Made by a program: the position numbers and the translations under genes. A stretch of DNA of 64,000 nucleotides from Malacoraja senta. Taxonomy: Eukaryota. Below, piece after piece: positions 25,518 to 39,456 of the stretch; position 1 is the stretch's first letter, and each line of letters begins with the position of its first letter. Where the stretch lies: NCBI GenBank assembly GCA_038087875.1, contig CM075990.1, positions 15,688,001 through 15,752,000 of the forward strand, in the 5' to 3' direction. Below the pieces are notes generated by a model that worked only from the letters and a program-made list of their open reading frames with translations, was not told the DNA's origin and did not search any database.

Positions 25518-25865
25518 AAAGGATTGGATAGAGTGGATGCGGAGAGGATGTTTCCACTAGTGGGAGAGTCTAGACCAGGGGTCATAGCCTCAGAATTAAA
25601 GGACGTTCCTTTAGGAAGGAGATGAGGAGGAATTTATTTTGTCAGAGGGTGGTGAATCTGTGGAATTCATTGCCACAGAAGGATGTGGAGGCCGTCAATG
25701 GTAACTGTTAAGGCAGAGATAGATTTTTGATTAGTATGGGTGTGAAGAGTTATGGAGAAAAGGCAGGGGAATAGGGTTAGGAGGGAGAGATAGATCAGCC
25801 ATGATTGAATGGCGGAGTAGTCATGATGGGCTGATTGGCCTAATTCTGCCCCTATCACATATGAC
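25518..25865 (+). mobile_element. CR1 LINE 3' fragment
   Basis: KGLDRVDAERMFPLVGESR and CR1 3' UTR. Confidence 0.85.
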
Positions 25866-25944
25866 AGCTAAAATGGAGTTGTCAGCTAAATTAGCAGCAC
25901 TGTATTTCAAACCCGGCTCAGGAAAACAAGTAGATGTTTTAAAG

Positions 25945-26606
25945 AATGCTTAGGCTACTGAAAGGGACCAGTAAACCATGAGGCCATCTGCGAGATCACC
26001 TTTGGGGAGAGGATGAGAGGAAGAGAGGAAGAGAGTTCCGCGGGCGGCGCCGACTTTAACATCGGGAGCCTCGGAGCTCCAAATTGGCGCGGCCTTGTTG
26101 GCTTCAGGTGCCACGGACTCCAATAGGAGATCGGCCGTTCCAGCCGTCCCAGCCGCTGCATGGACTCTCCCGACGCCGGGGCAACTGCACCCAGTGAGAA
26201 CGGCCAGGAACATCGGGCCTCCGTAGAGGCAACTGTGGAGGCCTCAATAGGCCTGACTTTGGGTGAACTGGGGTTGAGGACTGGAAATTGTGCCTTCCCC
26301 CACAGTGGTAATCATTGTGGGGGGATGATTTTTTTTGTGTGTTAATGATATTTTATTCTGTGTCCAAGATGGCTGCCGGAGGGGAGAGTGGACGCTGGCG
26401 CGCTTTATCAGCCGCTGCTCTCTCTTCCATATTGTGTTTTTGATTTTTGTTTTTGGATTGAATTCTCTCTTTAATTTGTGTACTCGTGATGTCTTTACTA
26501 TTTATTTCATTCCGCTTACATGTTTCTACTATTTGTTAAACTTTGTAAGGTGTCCTTGAGACTTTTGAAAGGCGTCCATAAATAAAATTTATTATTATTA
26601 TTATTA
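25945..26606 (+). mobile_element. GC-rich SINE-like element with L2-type 3' tail
   Basis: CpG-rich body, caagatggctgcc motif, tail gtaaggtgtccttgagac...aaaggcg...aaataaaa(tta)n. Left boundary is approximate. Confidence 0.55.
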
Positions 26607-26672
26607 GAGTGAGGAAGAGAGAGAGGGAGGAAGAGAGAGGGAGGAAGAGAGAGAGGAAGAAAGAGGAAGATA

Positions 26673-26968
26673 AGCTTAAGGATAAGGGGGAAATCCTTTA
26701 AAACCGAGATGAGAAGAACTTTTTTCACACAGAATGGTGAATCTCTGGAACTCTCTGCCACAGAGGGTAGTTGAGGCCAGTTCATTGGCTATATTTAAGA
26801 GGGAGTTAGATGTGGCCCATGTGGCTAAAGGGATCAGAGGGTACGGAGAGAAGGCAGGTACGGGATACTGAGTTGGATGATCAGCCATGATCATATTGAA
26901 TGGCGGTGCAGGCTCGAAGGGCCGAATGGCCTACTCCTGCACCTAATTTCTATGTTTCTATGTTTCTA
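26673..26968 (+). mobile_element. Young CR1 3' end inserted in a GA-rich low-complexity tract
   Basis: Nearly identical to the reverse complement of 54111-54410; (tatgtttc)n tail; purine tracts 26611-26670 and 26969-27003. Confidence 0.9.
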
Positions 26969-27869
26969 AGAGAGAGAGGAAGAGAGAAAGAGAGAGAGGA
27001 AGAATGCTGGAGTAAGAGGTAGTTTCAACAAATAATGAGGTATCTTCAATGAATAAGACTATTTTAAAGTGTTTCTGACGCTTCTTCAATGTCAGTGCTG
27101 TAATGCAAGATTGCTGTGAATACTGCTAAAATAAATACTGCTTGGCCTCACATCAAGAAGCAAAGACTGCCAGTCAAATACTAAAAATCTTGTTAACGGC
27201 GGAGAATGTGCTGAAACAAAATTTATGTTTGAAACACGCAGACTGTGAAGGTTAGTGCACAAATTTAGACTGTGGTGTTATGTTTGAGCAAATTGATATC
27301 CGAGGGCAGTATGAGTACACTAAATCTACTGAGATAATAGCACTCCTCCAATCCTGGCCAAGTTGAGCATTCACGGTTTACATCCTTCCACTCTTCATGC
27401 CCATTCCATCTGCCCACTCCTCCACCCTCCTCTTCCGAAGCTCCATAAACCTTACCTCCTTGACCAAGCTCTCTGCTACATGCCCTAACATTTAAATATA
27501 CAACTTGGTGTTAACCCCTTTCATTCATTTCATTCCTCTCAAGCTGCTATGACATTTTGATTCATTAAAGTTGCTGTGGAAGATTTTGTCATTGTTGAAG
27601 TCCATCCGTGGCTTTACAGCACAGAACAGTAAAGTACAGGAAGTTATATTTTTGGCTCTTAATGTCAATACTGAACCTGTAGCCAAGTTAAATTAATCTC
27701 TCTCTGCCTGCACGTGATCCATATCTCTCAATTCCGTGCATATACATCTGCCAATCTAAAAGCCTGTTAAATGTCACTATCATATCTGCCTCCACAACCA
27801 TCCCTGGTAGTATGTTCCAGGCACCCTCCACTCTCTGTGTAAAGTAACCTACCCTGCACATCTTTAAAC

Positions 27870-27963
27870 GTCTGAAGAAGGGTTTCGGCCCGAAACGTTA
27901 CCTATTTCCTTCGCTCCATAGATGCTGCTGCACCCGCTGAGTTTCTCCAGCATTTTTGTGTAC
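27870..27963 (+). mobile_element. PLE pLTR subfamily B with an intact hammerhead-like motif
   Basis: ctgaaga-a-gggt-ttcg-gccc-gaaacgtt at 27872-27899; 11-bp TSD catctttaaac (27859-27869, 27964-27974); sits inside an old minus-strand CR1. Confidence 0.82.
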
Positions 27964-29717
27964 CATCTTTAAACTTTGCCCATTTCATTTAAAGCTATGC
28001 CCTCTGTCCTTGATATTTGTAACCCCCCGGAAAATGTTCCAACTGTCTGTGCCTCTCATAATTCCATATACCTCTACTGGTTCTCGCATCAACCTCTGGT
28101 GTTCCAGAAAAAACAAGTTTGTCCAGCCTCCCTTTGTAGCTAATACCTTTGAATTTAAGCAGCATTCTGGTAAACCTCCATCTGTAATGGGGTTACCAGA
28201 ACGACACACAATATTCCAAATGCAGCCTAACCAAAGTCCTACAGAGCTGAATTATGATTATTATGCTCAGTGCGCTGACTGATGAAAGCAAACGTACCAT
28301 AAGCCTTTTTTTACTCCTCTACCTACTTTCGGGAAAGGCTTGGTGGTCCGATACTCAAAGCTAAGAGGTGTTCATGTTTGATTAAGTTATTGTTTTGGAC
28401 TTGGGATATAAGGGACTTCATTCATTTTAATTTATCCTCAGATAACAGTTACATCTGAAGCTTGATACTTGCAACTTGTGTCAACTGATCACAAAATAAC
28501 AATGTGGTGTAAGTTATGGTCTGAATAATAAAGGTAAAAGTGACACAGCAAAAGGAGTCTTCAGATAAGATAGTTCATTCGAAGTCTGTAGGTTTTTATG
28601 GGCAAGATCTTTTAGACAAGGCAAATGTTGCAATCTAACAATGTGCATCCCTTATTGAAAATTGTTAAACATAGTCCTGGGGATACATTTTGCTTCTCCA
28701 TTCTAATTCAAGTCTTCAGGCTCCGTGAACTAGAATGTGCACTGCACTACTGACCTGCTTCATAATGAGGTCACCCAAAACTCTGCATGAAGATGCCCCA
28801 AGCCCATTTACTCATCACCCAGCTTGCTCACCCATCGACTTTATCTCTCGGCTAGGCAATGCTTCAATTTTAATCATCCTCCTTGTTTCCTAATCCTTTC
28901 AAGGTTTTGCCCCTCCCTCGTGCCTAATCTCCTCCAGCCCCGACTCTCTCTGAGATATTTGTGCTCCTCCAACAGTCAAGAACAAAGACGTCTCTCTCAT
29001 TCAGACCGAGTCCTATACGGCTTTGGATTGATGCCCTAAGCTTCTCCAGCAAACGGCAGCAAGAGATGTAACAAAATCAGGTGCGAGACAGTCAAGGCCA
29101 TGAGTGTACATCTAGAATTCTATTAATATTGATAATAAACCCCCAGGTTTATAATGCATGGGTCCAGTAGTAATGACTGAATCTTAGATATGTGTTGATA
29201 TCTGATCTCTGCACCCGAACACTCTGAGGAGTGACCAGTGCAGTCTATAGTGGAACTTGTATGTCCCAGAGCAGGGAATCAGTATTTCAAGTGGAGCCAG
29301 CTGCCATTTTATATGAAATGATGTTAAAAAAAAAATTTAATTGCTCAACACCAGTAGTAACAATTTCATCGTTCTTGCTGTTTTCATCAGGATTTACTAT
29401 TTTGCGTGTGAAAAAAACTCAACGCAGACCAGCAACAAATGTTGTCCCAAAATAAAAGTGCAAAATGTTCTCCCAAGCAAGATCAGGCAAAGTGAGAATC
29501 AATTTTTTTTTACTTCCGTTCCCTCACTTCAGTATTTCTTTAATATCATTTCACTGAGTATTCGCATACACAGAGGAAACGAAAAAACGTTGCTCAATCG
29601 GTTTCCATTCAGTGTAAAAAACAAAAGGATAATACATAGAGCTTTAAAAACAAATTAAAATTACCATTCTTAAAAAGAAAGTAGGCCTAAAAAATTAACA
29701 ATATAATGAAAACAGTC

Positions 29718-31454
29718 ATTCTGATCGACAGTGGCTTCACAGTGGCTTTACTTTGACAGGTGCCTAACTGTCAAAGTATGGATGTGTGGATGAGCGATGT
29801 TTTGGGAGGGGACAAAGTCCGTTAATCAGTCTTATTGCCTGTGGGAAGAAGCTGAGGAGCATCCTGCTGGTTTTGCAGCTGAGGCTCCTGTACCTCTTCC
29901 CAGATGGCAGAATGGAAAAGATGTGATGTGATGGTTGGTGGGGGTCCTGGATGATGGAGATGGCTCTACTGATGCTCCTCTTCTTGTATATCTCCAGCAG
30001 GAAAGGGAGTGGGGCACCGATAATCCTGCTGGCGGTCTTCACTATCCTGTTTAGTTGATATTGTTCGTAAGCCTTGCAGCTCCCGAACCAGGAAGTGATG
30101 CCGTAGGTTATTATGCTTTCAATTGTGCCCCTATAGAAGGTTCTTAGATGGGCAGTGGGGAGACCTGCTTTCCGAAGTCTCCGGAGAGGGTGGAGTCGCT
30201 GTTGGGCTCTTTTGACCACTGCTGTGGTGTTGGTCATAGAGGTCAGGTCATCCGACAGGTGGAGTCCTAGGAACTTCACACTGCTGACCCTCTCCACAGC
30301 AGTTCCATCAATATACAGCGGTGTATGGTGTTGTTTTATCGCCCTCCTGAAGTCGACCACCATCTCCTTAGTTTTTCCCACATTAAGAGTGAGGTTGTGG
30401 GATCTGCACCATCCTGTGAGCAGCTCCACCTCCATCCTGTACGCCGACTCATTATTGTCGCTGATGAGACCCACCACTGTTGCGTCATCAGCGAACTTGT
30501 TGATATAGTTGTTATTGAGTCTAGCAGTACAGTCATGTGTAAGCAGACTAAACAGCAGGGGGCTTAGGACACAGCCTTGGGGTGAGCCAGTGCTCACGGC
30601 GATGGTTTGTGATGTCCGACTGCCCACCCTGATTGTCTGCTGCCATTGTGATAAGAAGTTAAGGACCCAGTTACAAGTGCCAGTATCCACCCCTAACAGC
30701 CTCAGCTTCTCCACCAGCTGCTGTGGAATGATTGTATTAAAAGCAGAGCTGAAGTCTAAAAAGAGGATCCTGGCATAAGTATTTTTCCGGTCGAGGTGCG
30801 ACAGTGCAAGGTTCAGTGTAGTGGAGACTGCGTCCACTGTGGACCGGTTGGCTCTGTAGGCGAACTGCAGTGGGTCTAGGTCGGCAGGGAGACAATTTTT
30901 TATATGCTGCATAACCAGCCGTTCAAAACACTTCATTAGTATGGGCGTAAGAGCCACTGGGCGGAAGTCATCGTGACAGGCTGGGTTTGGTTTCTTCGGG
31001 ACAGGAACGATGGTGGCACTTTTAAGACAGTTGGGCACTACTGCCTGGCTGAGTGAGATGTTAAAAATGTCTGTGAAGACATCTTTTAGTTGATCAGCAC
31101 AGTCCCTTGAAACGCATCCAGGGATGTTCTCCGGCCCTGCAGCTTTGCGTGGATTGATGCTGGCAAAGGCCTTTTTAACTCCGGCTGTGGACAGCCTGAG
31201 TGACTGGTCGCTGGGTGATGGCAGGAGTGCTCGTATCTGGGTGGTGTTTTTAACCTCAAACCGTGCATATAACTCGTTCAGTTCATCTGGTAGAGTGGGG
31301 TCGTTTTGGCATATCTGCAGCGAGGGGGGGGCTTGTAGTCAGTGATGGTATGAAATCCCTGCCACAAGCGACGTGTGTCTTTGTCGTTTGTGAAGTGGCT
31401 ATTCAGTTTTTGTACATACCGCCTCTTCGCTTCCCTGATCCCCCGGGATAGGTT
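29718..31454 (-). mobile_element. 5'-truncated Rex1/Babar-clade LINE
   Basis: 12-bp TSD atgaaaa(c/t)agtc (29706-29717, 31455-31466) around an RT reading frame. Confidence 0.88.
29764..31323 (-). CDS. Reverse transcriptase domain and C-terminus of Rex1/Babar LINE (partial)
   Basis: Open frame containing [57 protein letters not shown]. It continues upstream across a frameshift in the G run at 31324-31331. Confidence 0.9.
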   Translation of the reverse strand, partial: SLQICQNDPTLPDELNELYARFEVKNTTQIRALLPSPSDQSLRLSTAGVKKAFASINPRKAAGPENIPGCVSRDCADQLKDVFTDIFNISLSQAVVPNCLKSATIVPVPKKPNPACHDDFRPVALTPILMKCFERLVMQHIKNCLPADLDPLQFAYRANRSTVDAVSTTLNLALSHLDRKNTYARILFLDFSSAFNTIIPQQLVEKLRLLGVDTGTCNWVLNFLSQWQQTIRVGSRTSQTIAVSTGSPQGCVLSPLLFSLLTHDCTARLNNNYINKFADDATVVGLISDNNESAYRMEVELLTGWCRSHNLTLNVGKTKEMVVDFRRAIKQHHTPLYIDGTAVERVSSVKFLGLHLSDDLTSMTNTTAVVKRAQQRLHPLRRLRKAGLPTAHLRTFYRGTIESIITYGITSWFGSCKAYEQYQLNRIVKTASRIIGAPLPFLLEIYKKRSISRAISIIQDPHQPSHHIFSILPSGKRYRSLSCKTSRMLLSFFPQAIRLINGLCPLPKHRSSTHPYFDS

Positions 31455-34299
31455 ATGAAAATAGTCTCCATACTTCCTTCTTCCAAGGTACTGACCTCAT
31501 CGCTATCAAAGGGATCTATAGGAGGCAGCCAGAATGATCAAAGACACACATCACCCTGGGCATACTATTTCACTCCTCCCATCGGGAAAAAGGAATGGAT
31601 GCTCGAAAACCGTAACCACCAGTTTCAAGAATAGTTTCTTCCCAACAATCATCAGGCTCTTGAACACGACACAATAATAAGTAAATTATGAACTGTGGAC
31701 TGTCTTTGGTTGCTCTTTGGGTTTTTGCACTAGTTTTGTGGTTATTAATTTATTGATTCTTTGGTTATTATGTTATCTATGAGTATAATGTTTACAGGCA
31801 TGTTATGCTGCTGCAAGTAAGGATTTCATTGTTCCCTTGTCGGTACAAATGACACTCTTCACTTTTTACACCTGAGGTTTTAACCTTCGCAAGATTGATC
31901 AATGAAAAATCAAGATTGATGTTGCATCTTAAACTTCAACTTCAGATTGCATCCATTGCCAAACTGGAATTGCGAATACCCATTCACAGATGATATCATT
32001 AACATAGGTATCTTGCTGGTGTTTAAAGTATACGCCAGTGGGTAACACACTTGAACCCCAAATTCCTGACTGGAAAAACAAATCCCACTCCGGAGATGTG
32101 TTCAAAGTTCAAGGACAGCCCCTTGGTGATGGGTTTATGGAATGAGCTGGCAGAGGAGTAGTTGAGTCAGCCTTTAAAAGACACCTGGGCAGGTAGATGT
32201 ATGGGAAAGGTTTAGAGGGATATGGGCCATCCATGGACAAATGGGATTAGCTTAGATGGGGCATCTCGGTCAGCATGGATGACCTGGGTCAAATGGCCTA
32301 TTTCCATTGTTTGACTCCATGATTCTATGGTGAAGTGCTGAGCGAGTGCAGTTTTGTCAATGTACCACCTTATATATTAATATATAAATTTTAGGCCATT
32401 ATGTCTTTAGTTGGTGGGTGCAAAAGATTCAATGGCAGAAGCTTGATGAAGAGAGTTCTCCCCAGTGCCCTTGCCAACCTTTAGCCAATAATCAATGTCA
32501 CACGAATAGATTTTTCAATCATCTTGGTCTTGAATGCATTCAATGTCCCCACACTGGCCTCATCGGTCAGTCAGTTCACAGAAGATTTTAACGACTGTGT
32601 AAAGAGGTTTTTATAGAATTTTCACGTTGATAAAAAGACGATAGAAAAGAATGATAAATAATTTACGTCAGGAATTCAGTGTCTGTTGTTTGAAGATGTG
32701 CACGATTCTTTAATCAATTCTGGCATGTTTACATCATATGGAGGCAGCTTTCGTCCTATATTCCAGGCCTTTATCTATTCACAGGAATGGGAGGAGAGCA
32801 GAATTTATAAAAAGAATATCAATGCTGAAAGCATGTCATGGGAAATCCGAATTTGAAGCCAACACACAATTTATTCAAATCAGTGTAGATGGGATGCACA
32901 TAACATTTTAAACGCTGAAATATGAGGCGTTCTTGCCGAGTGTGTATGTGTTTGGGGAACATTATGTAAATGGCTGAGCAGTCACTGCGGATAGGTTAAA
33001 TAAACATTTCGATCAAGTGTCAGAGAGACATGAAATGAGAGTCGTGATGTAGTGGGTTTTCGGATGAAGGCATTTGATCAGTTCTTGCTTGAAGAGTCAA
33101 CTTTGGTTGCAGAAGGCAGATAGCGCTTCCCTGACTCTCAATCTGAAGAAGGATCTTGGCCCATAACATTATCTATTTATTTTCTCCAGAGATGCTCTCT
33201 GACCCGTTAAGTTACTCCAGCTTTTTGTGTCTATCTACTGGAAGATCTCAGAAAGGAGGGAGAAAGAGCCGACACTTCTGACTGATAATGAATATGTTTA
33301 AGGCAGAGGTAGAGAGGCAAAAGGGTTACAGTTAACTGTTGGTAAATGAGAGTGTGGAGTTGAGACCACGTTCAGATCAGCCATGATCTTATTTGAGGGG
33401 TTGCAGCAGGCTTGAGGGGCCGAGTGGCCACCTTCTTCCCCTAATTCGTAAATCACTTGCATTTTCATCAGTAGGTGCAGATCGTGAGGTGAGAGACAGT
33501 CTGGAGGAGATGGAATGCAGGGGAGATTAAAGAATAAAAAGGTGGAGGTGGATGAGAGGGTGGGAATAGAGCAAGTGTGTGAGAGGTCAGATCAGGTGGG
33601 GTGCAAACGAGATATGGCAGAAATAAAAATCTGGAAAAGCCGATTAAGTGAAATCATTGAATATAAAGTTGAGTCTGGAAGATGATAATGTGTGAAGCTC
33701 GAGGATGGTAAGTTGTTCCTCAAGCTTACATTGGAAGAGAGTTCAGGAAAATATTTCCTTGGAGTTCAGTAGATGATTTCTGTACAATTTGCTAATCGGG
33801 GACATGTTTAGGTATGGCAACACTCTACTGGATACATTGTAAGAAAAGATTTGCACTGTGCATTTGCACTTGGCACATGTGACAATAAGCACCATTGAAC
33901 CATTGAAAAGGTTATTGCCGACACCCCTTGAGAGGAAGACCAGTTATTGTAGCCCTGCAAACACTGAGATCACCCTCCACACAAAATATTATGTCCCTTC
34001 TCAGTGGAGGTGTTGAACAGGGTTAAACGTATTTAATCTGTGAGATTCCGAAGTGACAAAGGCAACTTTCACTTCAATGCTCAAGTTGAATTTGGTTCGA
34101 GGTGGCAAAAAATAACCCAACTGCTGTTCATGTAATGGACTTGGACACATCACATCATGTCATAGGCAGAAAGGTTTGTTTGCATCACAGATAAAAAATG
34201 TCTTCTTCAGAGTACAAGGTTAGATTTTATTTATGATAGAAACCTCTACGTTGCTCTTCTCCAACTAACTAACCATTGCAAAATGATTCCAAGATGAAA

Positions 34300-34337
34300 G
34301 AATGAAAGAATGAATGAATGAATGAATGAAAGAATGA
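34300..34337. repeat. (GAAT)n / gaaagaat microsatellite, tail of a minus-strand retroposon fragment
   Basis: Seen directly; followed by tttattgtcacatgtgac. Confidence 0.85.
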
Positions 34338-34869
34338 AACTTTATTGTCACATGTGACATGTCACAGTGAAATTCTTTGTTTTGCATTCCATACACAAAG
34401 TATGCAAAGAGTTGCCACTTACAGCGCGCCAACACAGTTACATAGTTGTGTTAAAGAGGTGCTCGAAGAGAAGTTTAGAAATAAAATGAACACTGACTGA
34501 TGACTAAAAGATTAGTCAAAGATTTAAGTAACACCTTAAAGGAAGAAAGAAGGTTCCAAAGATTAGAGAGAGTTCTCTCGGGCTTTAGAGTTTTGAATGC
34601 GGCATGGTCATCAAAGGTGCAAGAGTTAAAATTGGGTAGAATCAAGAGTCTTGAAGCTCTGTGGTCACACATTAAACTTTGGTATATTTCTATAACCAGG
34701 TGCATTACATTAAACAATGTTGTTCTGTGTACCAGCAGATGGACAGAATTGCCAATTCTGTAGTTTACTCCTCTTTATAGTGGTCATGAGAGATTTCGAA
34801 CATCAATCAATTAGATTTTGCTATCATCTGGTTCAGGTTGATTATGAGAACTGTCTCTTCTCAACAGGA

Positions 34870-35280
34870 ATGAATAGGTTAATCTATGATGAGTTTAGAA
34901 GAATAAGGGGGAACCATACTGAATAATGAATGGTTTGGATGAAGTCGATGTGGAGAGGATGTTTCCACTAGTGGGGGAGTCTAGGACTAGAGGTCAAAGC
35001 CTCAGAATTAAAGGACGTTCTTTTAGGAAGGAGATGAGGAGAAATGTATTTAGTCATTGGGTGGTGAATCTGTGGAACTCTTTGCCACAGAAGGCTGTAG
35101 AGGCCAAGTCAGTGGATATATTTAAGGCAGAGATAGATAGGTTCTTGATTAGGATGGGTGTCAGAGGTCATGGGGAGAAGGCAGGAGAATGGGGCTAGGA
35201 GAAAGAGAGATTGAATGGTGGAGTAGACTTGATGGGCTGAATGGCCTAATTCTACTCCTATCACTTATGACCTTATGACT
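34870..35280 (+). mobile_element. CR1 LINE 3' fragment
   Basis: GLDEVDVERMFPLVGESRTRGQSLRIKG...VVNLWNSLP; same subfamily as 11222-11682. Confidence 0.88.
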
Positions 35281-36654
35281 ATTCTTGCTGGGTCTTTTCC
35301 TCTAAGAATGCACCAATGCTGTGTGTACAGAGAAAGCTTTTCCTCATTTCTCTTCACCATGCATTTTCATCAAAAGGAAGCACTGACTCCAGTCTCAGAA
35401 GAAGGAGAGCACTGGCAGGTGTGAGGAGGTCTGATTGCAGCCCTGTAGGTTTGGGAGCAGAGAGCCAGTGGTGGAAAATCTGTTGCTGGTGGAAACAAAA
35501 CTGATTGAATAAAATATCAAGGCCAGATATTTCTCAAATCCAAGGGGATGCAAACATAATTAGAATCAGGATAAGTGGCAATCCCTAGTGGGGAAATAAT
35601 ATAATGGTAAGATGGAGGGAACAGTAATTGTTGAAGTTTTTTCCTGTTGGCTCAGTTATAAATAAATCTACTACACACGCTAATGAAAGCAGGTACTCAA
35701 GGGTATAGTATGTACTTTATCAATGGTTATCTCGAGTCCTTCTTTACATAAATGTCTTCCAATTCTTGCCTGTTCTGCACAACACCTAATGTATAAACCT
35801 CTCACTAGTCTCTCCATTATGAAGTCTGACACTTTATAAGCTTAATGTGCCCTTCCCCTTGCCTCAAGTGCTTCTTCAAGTCCTTCTTCCTCCCCCCAAC
35901 CCTGTGACTAGATGCATATTCAGTGCCCAAGTGTGTGCAGTTCAGGTCACCAGCTATGGCAAGGAAATATTTTTAAAAATGGTACTGGGACTCGAGGGAT
36001 GGAGAGGGTGGATAGGCTGGGCCTGGAGCATAAACGCATAGGGGTGGTATAGGGGGTTGTAAAATTGAGAGGGCAAAGATTAGCTAAACGGACACTGTCT
36101 TTTCTCTAGGATAGGAGAGTCTAAAACCAAAGGGCACCGATTTAAGGTTAGAGGGGAAAGTTTGAAAACAAACCCGATGTTGGAATGGTTGGAAAAAAGA
36201 TTCACGAGAATGTTTCCAGACCTACAATGTTTGAGTTATCAGCTGGACAGGATGATTATAAGCGGGACAGGTTGGGTATTTTTTCCCCTAGAGTGTAGGA
36301 GGCTGAGGGGAGATATTATAGAGATTTATAACATTGTGAGAGGCATAGATAAGGTGACTAGCCACAGTCTGTTTCCCAGGATAGAAGAGTCTAAAACTAA
36401 AGGACACAGATTTCAGTTTCGAGGGGGAAGTTTTAAAAAGAACCTGAGAAGCAAATGTTTCATATGGTGAGTGGTGGATATATGATGCCAGAGGAATCTG
36501 CAGAGGCAGGTACAATTACAATGATTCAGAGGTATTAAGACAGGTACATAGAAATGACAGATTTGGAGAGATACGGGCCAAACACAGATAAATGGGACTG
36601 GGTCAGGTGGACAACTTGGTCATCATGGACTAATTGGTTTGAAGGACCTGTTTC

Positions 36655-36708
36655 GGGGTGGGAGATTGCAACCTTCACGTGGTCCGCTCTGTTTCGACAA
36701 ATGCAATC
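36655..36708 (+). ncRNA. Predicted minimal HDV-like ribozyme
   Basis: P1 ggggtgg/ccgctct (three wobbles), P2 gattgca/tgcaatc, P3 acc/ggt, L3 ttcacgt, t-ttcg-a in place of P4, J4/2 caaa with C36698. Confidence 0.78.
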
Positions 36709-36791
36709 AACACAGCGAACACAATCAAGTAAGATCAAATAGAACAAGTTGTCCTTCAACTGCACACCATACACAAGAAGAAGAAGAAAAA
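36655..36791 (+). mobile_element. HDV-ribozyme-headed short retroposon, copy 3
   Basis: 14-bp TSD gaagg(a/g)cctgtttc (36641-36654, 36792-36805) and (aag)n tail. Confidence 0.9.
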
Positions 36792-38496
36792 GAAGGGCCT
36801 GTTTCTATGCTCTAATACCAAACAATTGGACTCTGGTGTATTTTTCTTTACACTAACTGTTTACATCTCATGATTACTTGTGTATGGCATGTATGGCATG
36901 ATCTGAGTTAATTGGATTGCATGCAAACAAAAAGCTTTTCAGTGTACCTAAGTGACAATAATATACAAAATACAACGTCATTAATTGTGCAGCCAACACT
37001 GGGCAAACAACAGCCAAGTTAAGGAGAGTTGCCGGGTCTATTCCCCAACAGATACTAGTCAACCATAAATCTATCATGCAGAGAATGTCTTTTATGTGCA
37101 ACTGGGTCCAAATTCTGGACTTAGAATCGTCCAGCAGTCTATGTTTTTCCCTTGCGTGAGAGTGTGTGCCATAAACTATTTTATTGCACTGAGTGTCCTA
37201 ATCTGGGCTATGATGTGATGACACACCAGTCAAGGTAGAGAACAAGAACCCCCCTCCCCCGATAGTGGTGGTATCTCAAATTAGAGGGCAAAGGCTTAAG
37301 ATAAAGGGTACGAGGTTCAGAGGGCTTTGAGGACATAACAGAGGGAACTAGATAAATATTACAAGAAACAACACTTGGAAAGACAGGTCGGAGTGAGTCG
37401 GGCCGAGGTCAGAACCGAGAGGTCGGTGTTGGGCCGCAGTGGACGGGCTGCGCTGCCGAGAACAAAGGGGGACCAGGCAGAGGGGGGTGGTGGGAGGGGG
37501 GGGGCAGGGGGGGATGTGCTTTTTGTAACTTTGTCGGCACCTTTGTGGCGACACTTAGAAAACAGGTGCCTTCGAGCCAGCACCGCCATTCAATATGATC
37601 ATGGCTGATCATCCAAAATCAGTACCCCGTTCCTGCTTTCTTCCCATATCCCTTGATTCCGTTAGACCCAAGAGCAATATCTAGCTCTCTCTTGAAAACA
37701 TCCATAGACTTTTGTGCACATTGTATGCATAAACAGAGAATTTCACTGTGCATTGGCACAAGTGACAATGAAGTATCATCATCATCATCAGCATTATCAC
37801 AGAAAGAAGGGGAACAAAAATGGCCAGCACATAGATGTTGGCCAAATGGCCTCCGCTTTGCTGCATTGAGCTGCCTTGCACACGCTCCCTCCATTCCAGT
37901 CGTGTTGCACAAACATCCTCCTGAATTCAACAGCGCTGTAAATTACAAACTAAAGTCAAGCCCAGTTGCTAAGTAACAGAAGGCACGTCCGGTGCAGTAG
38001 AGTTTGCAGTCTCTCCGCTCCGTCTGTGCCGCTCCGGATACAACTCACTGCATTTCCTTCCCTGACTATCCAGGCTCACCGATGCTCTGCCTTGTGTGAG
38101 TTATCAGCAAATGTCAGATTAGTTCCAAATAAATCACCCTACTTTTGGGCCACCTCTAACTGCCCTTGAGAAGGTGTTGGCACGTCCTCTGTGCGAAGGT
38201 AGCATTTTCAATCTATATATTTTTTAAAGATGATCATTGTAATTTTACAATGCAAACATCAATTACAGTGGAGCATGTTAGCTTTGGCAATCTTTAACCT
38301 TTATTTCACTCCAACTCTGCCAGATGCTCTGTGGTGACAAACATTCTCTGCATCTCCTCTTCCAAATTCCCAATCAGGCTGACAGTGAGCTACCACAATG
38401 TCATCAATCAAAACAAATTTAACCTAGAAAGGTGCCACTCTCTTAAACAGGAACATTAAAACTAGTAAAAAAAAGAATAAGAATCTAATTAAATTT

Positions 38497-38832
38497 ACTT
38501 TAGTTTAGAGATAGAACACAGAAACAGGCCCTTCAGCCCGCCCAGGCCGTGTCGACCAGCGACCCTGCACACTAACATTATCTTACACACACACTAGGGA
38601 CAATTTACATTTATACAAGCCAATTAACCTACAAACCTGTACGGCTTGCACAAATTTCCTGTATGTATACACATTTGGCTAATAAAAATTATTCAATTCA
38701 ATTCTTTGGAGTGTGGGAGGAAACCGAAGATCTCGGAGAAAACCCACGCAGGTCACAGGGAGAACGTACAAACTCCGTACAGACAGCACCCGTCATCAGG
38801 ATCGAACCTGGGTCTCTGGCAACTGTGCCACT
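38497..38832 (-). mobile_element. HE1-like V-SINE
   Basis: tgtgggaggaaaccgaagatctcggagaaaacccacgcaggtcacagggagaacg (reverse V domain), with a short insert near 38645-38703. Confidence 0.82.
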
Positions 38833-39456
38833 CTTTATTACCGATATTGACAATGATGGAAAACATTCGGCAGCAAAACATGAATGAAAAACAAGAGAGA
38901 CATAAAAAAATGTTTTGGGAAACCTTTCCTTGCGATCCAGCCAGCAGTTGTGGACAATAAATAAGATGTGTCCATGGCTGCCCTTTTGAGATGAACGTGA
39001 TTTTTCAAATTGTTTGCATCAAAAAAAAATATATCAATGATCTCTGCCAAACGGAAATGTAATCACAAAGACTCACTTGGGAACCAATCTACGTGCCACT
39101 TCTCTGTCTGCACCTTGGGACTCCAAGAGAATGATGCCTGTTGCCAGCTACCTGTTGCTGGAGCAACTTAACCCGCTCCGAGCCTGCAGCAGAATAGGTC
39201 AATGCTGGTGACCTCCAAGACGTGGGAGGTCAGCGCACATCCATCTGAATGGCAGCGTGGTGGGTGGGAGCAGAGAGGGGTGAGTGGACATATGATGGAG
39301 CTCTCGAGTCTGCTCTGAGCTGATCGACGCACTGCTCCCATGGGTGGAACCAGGACAATGGTTGTGGGTGATTCTCTCAACAAAGGCAACACGAGGAACA
39401 ACATTTCTATACAATAGGCATCTAACGGTGGACTCCCTGATGAGTTATGAACACAA

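Larger units (their letters stand above)
35990..36830 (+). mobile_element. Older CR1 fragments hosting the third ribozyme-SINE
   Basis: LECRRLRGDIIEIYNIVRGIDKV...ESKTKGH; 3' UTR gaagggcctgtttc is duplicated as the TSD. Confidence 0.7.

Noticed and set aside
30155..30778. Plus-strand ORFs of 80-117 aa, and likewise 54597-55416
   Set aside because: Antisense shadows of the minus-strand RT frames.
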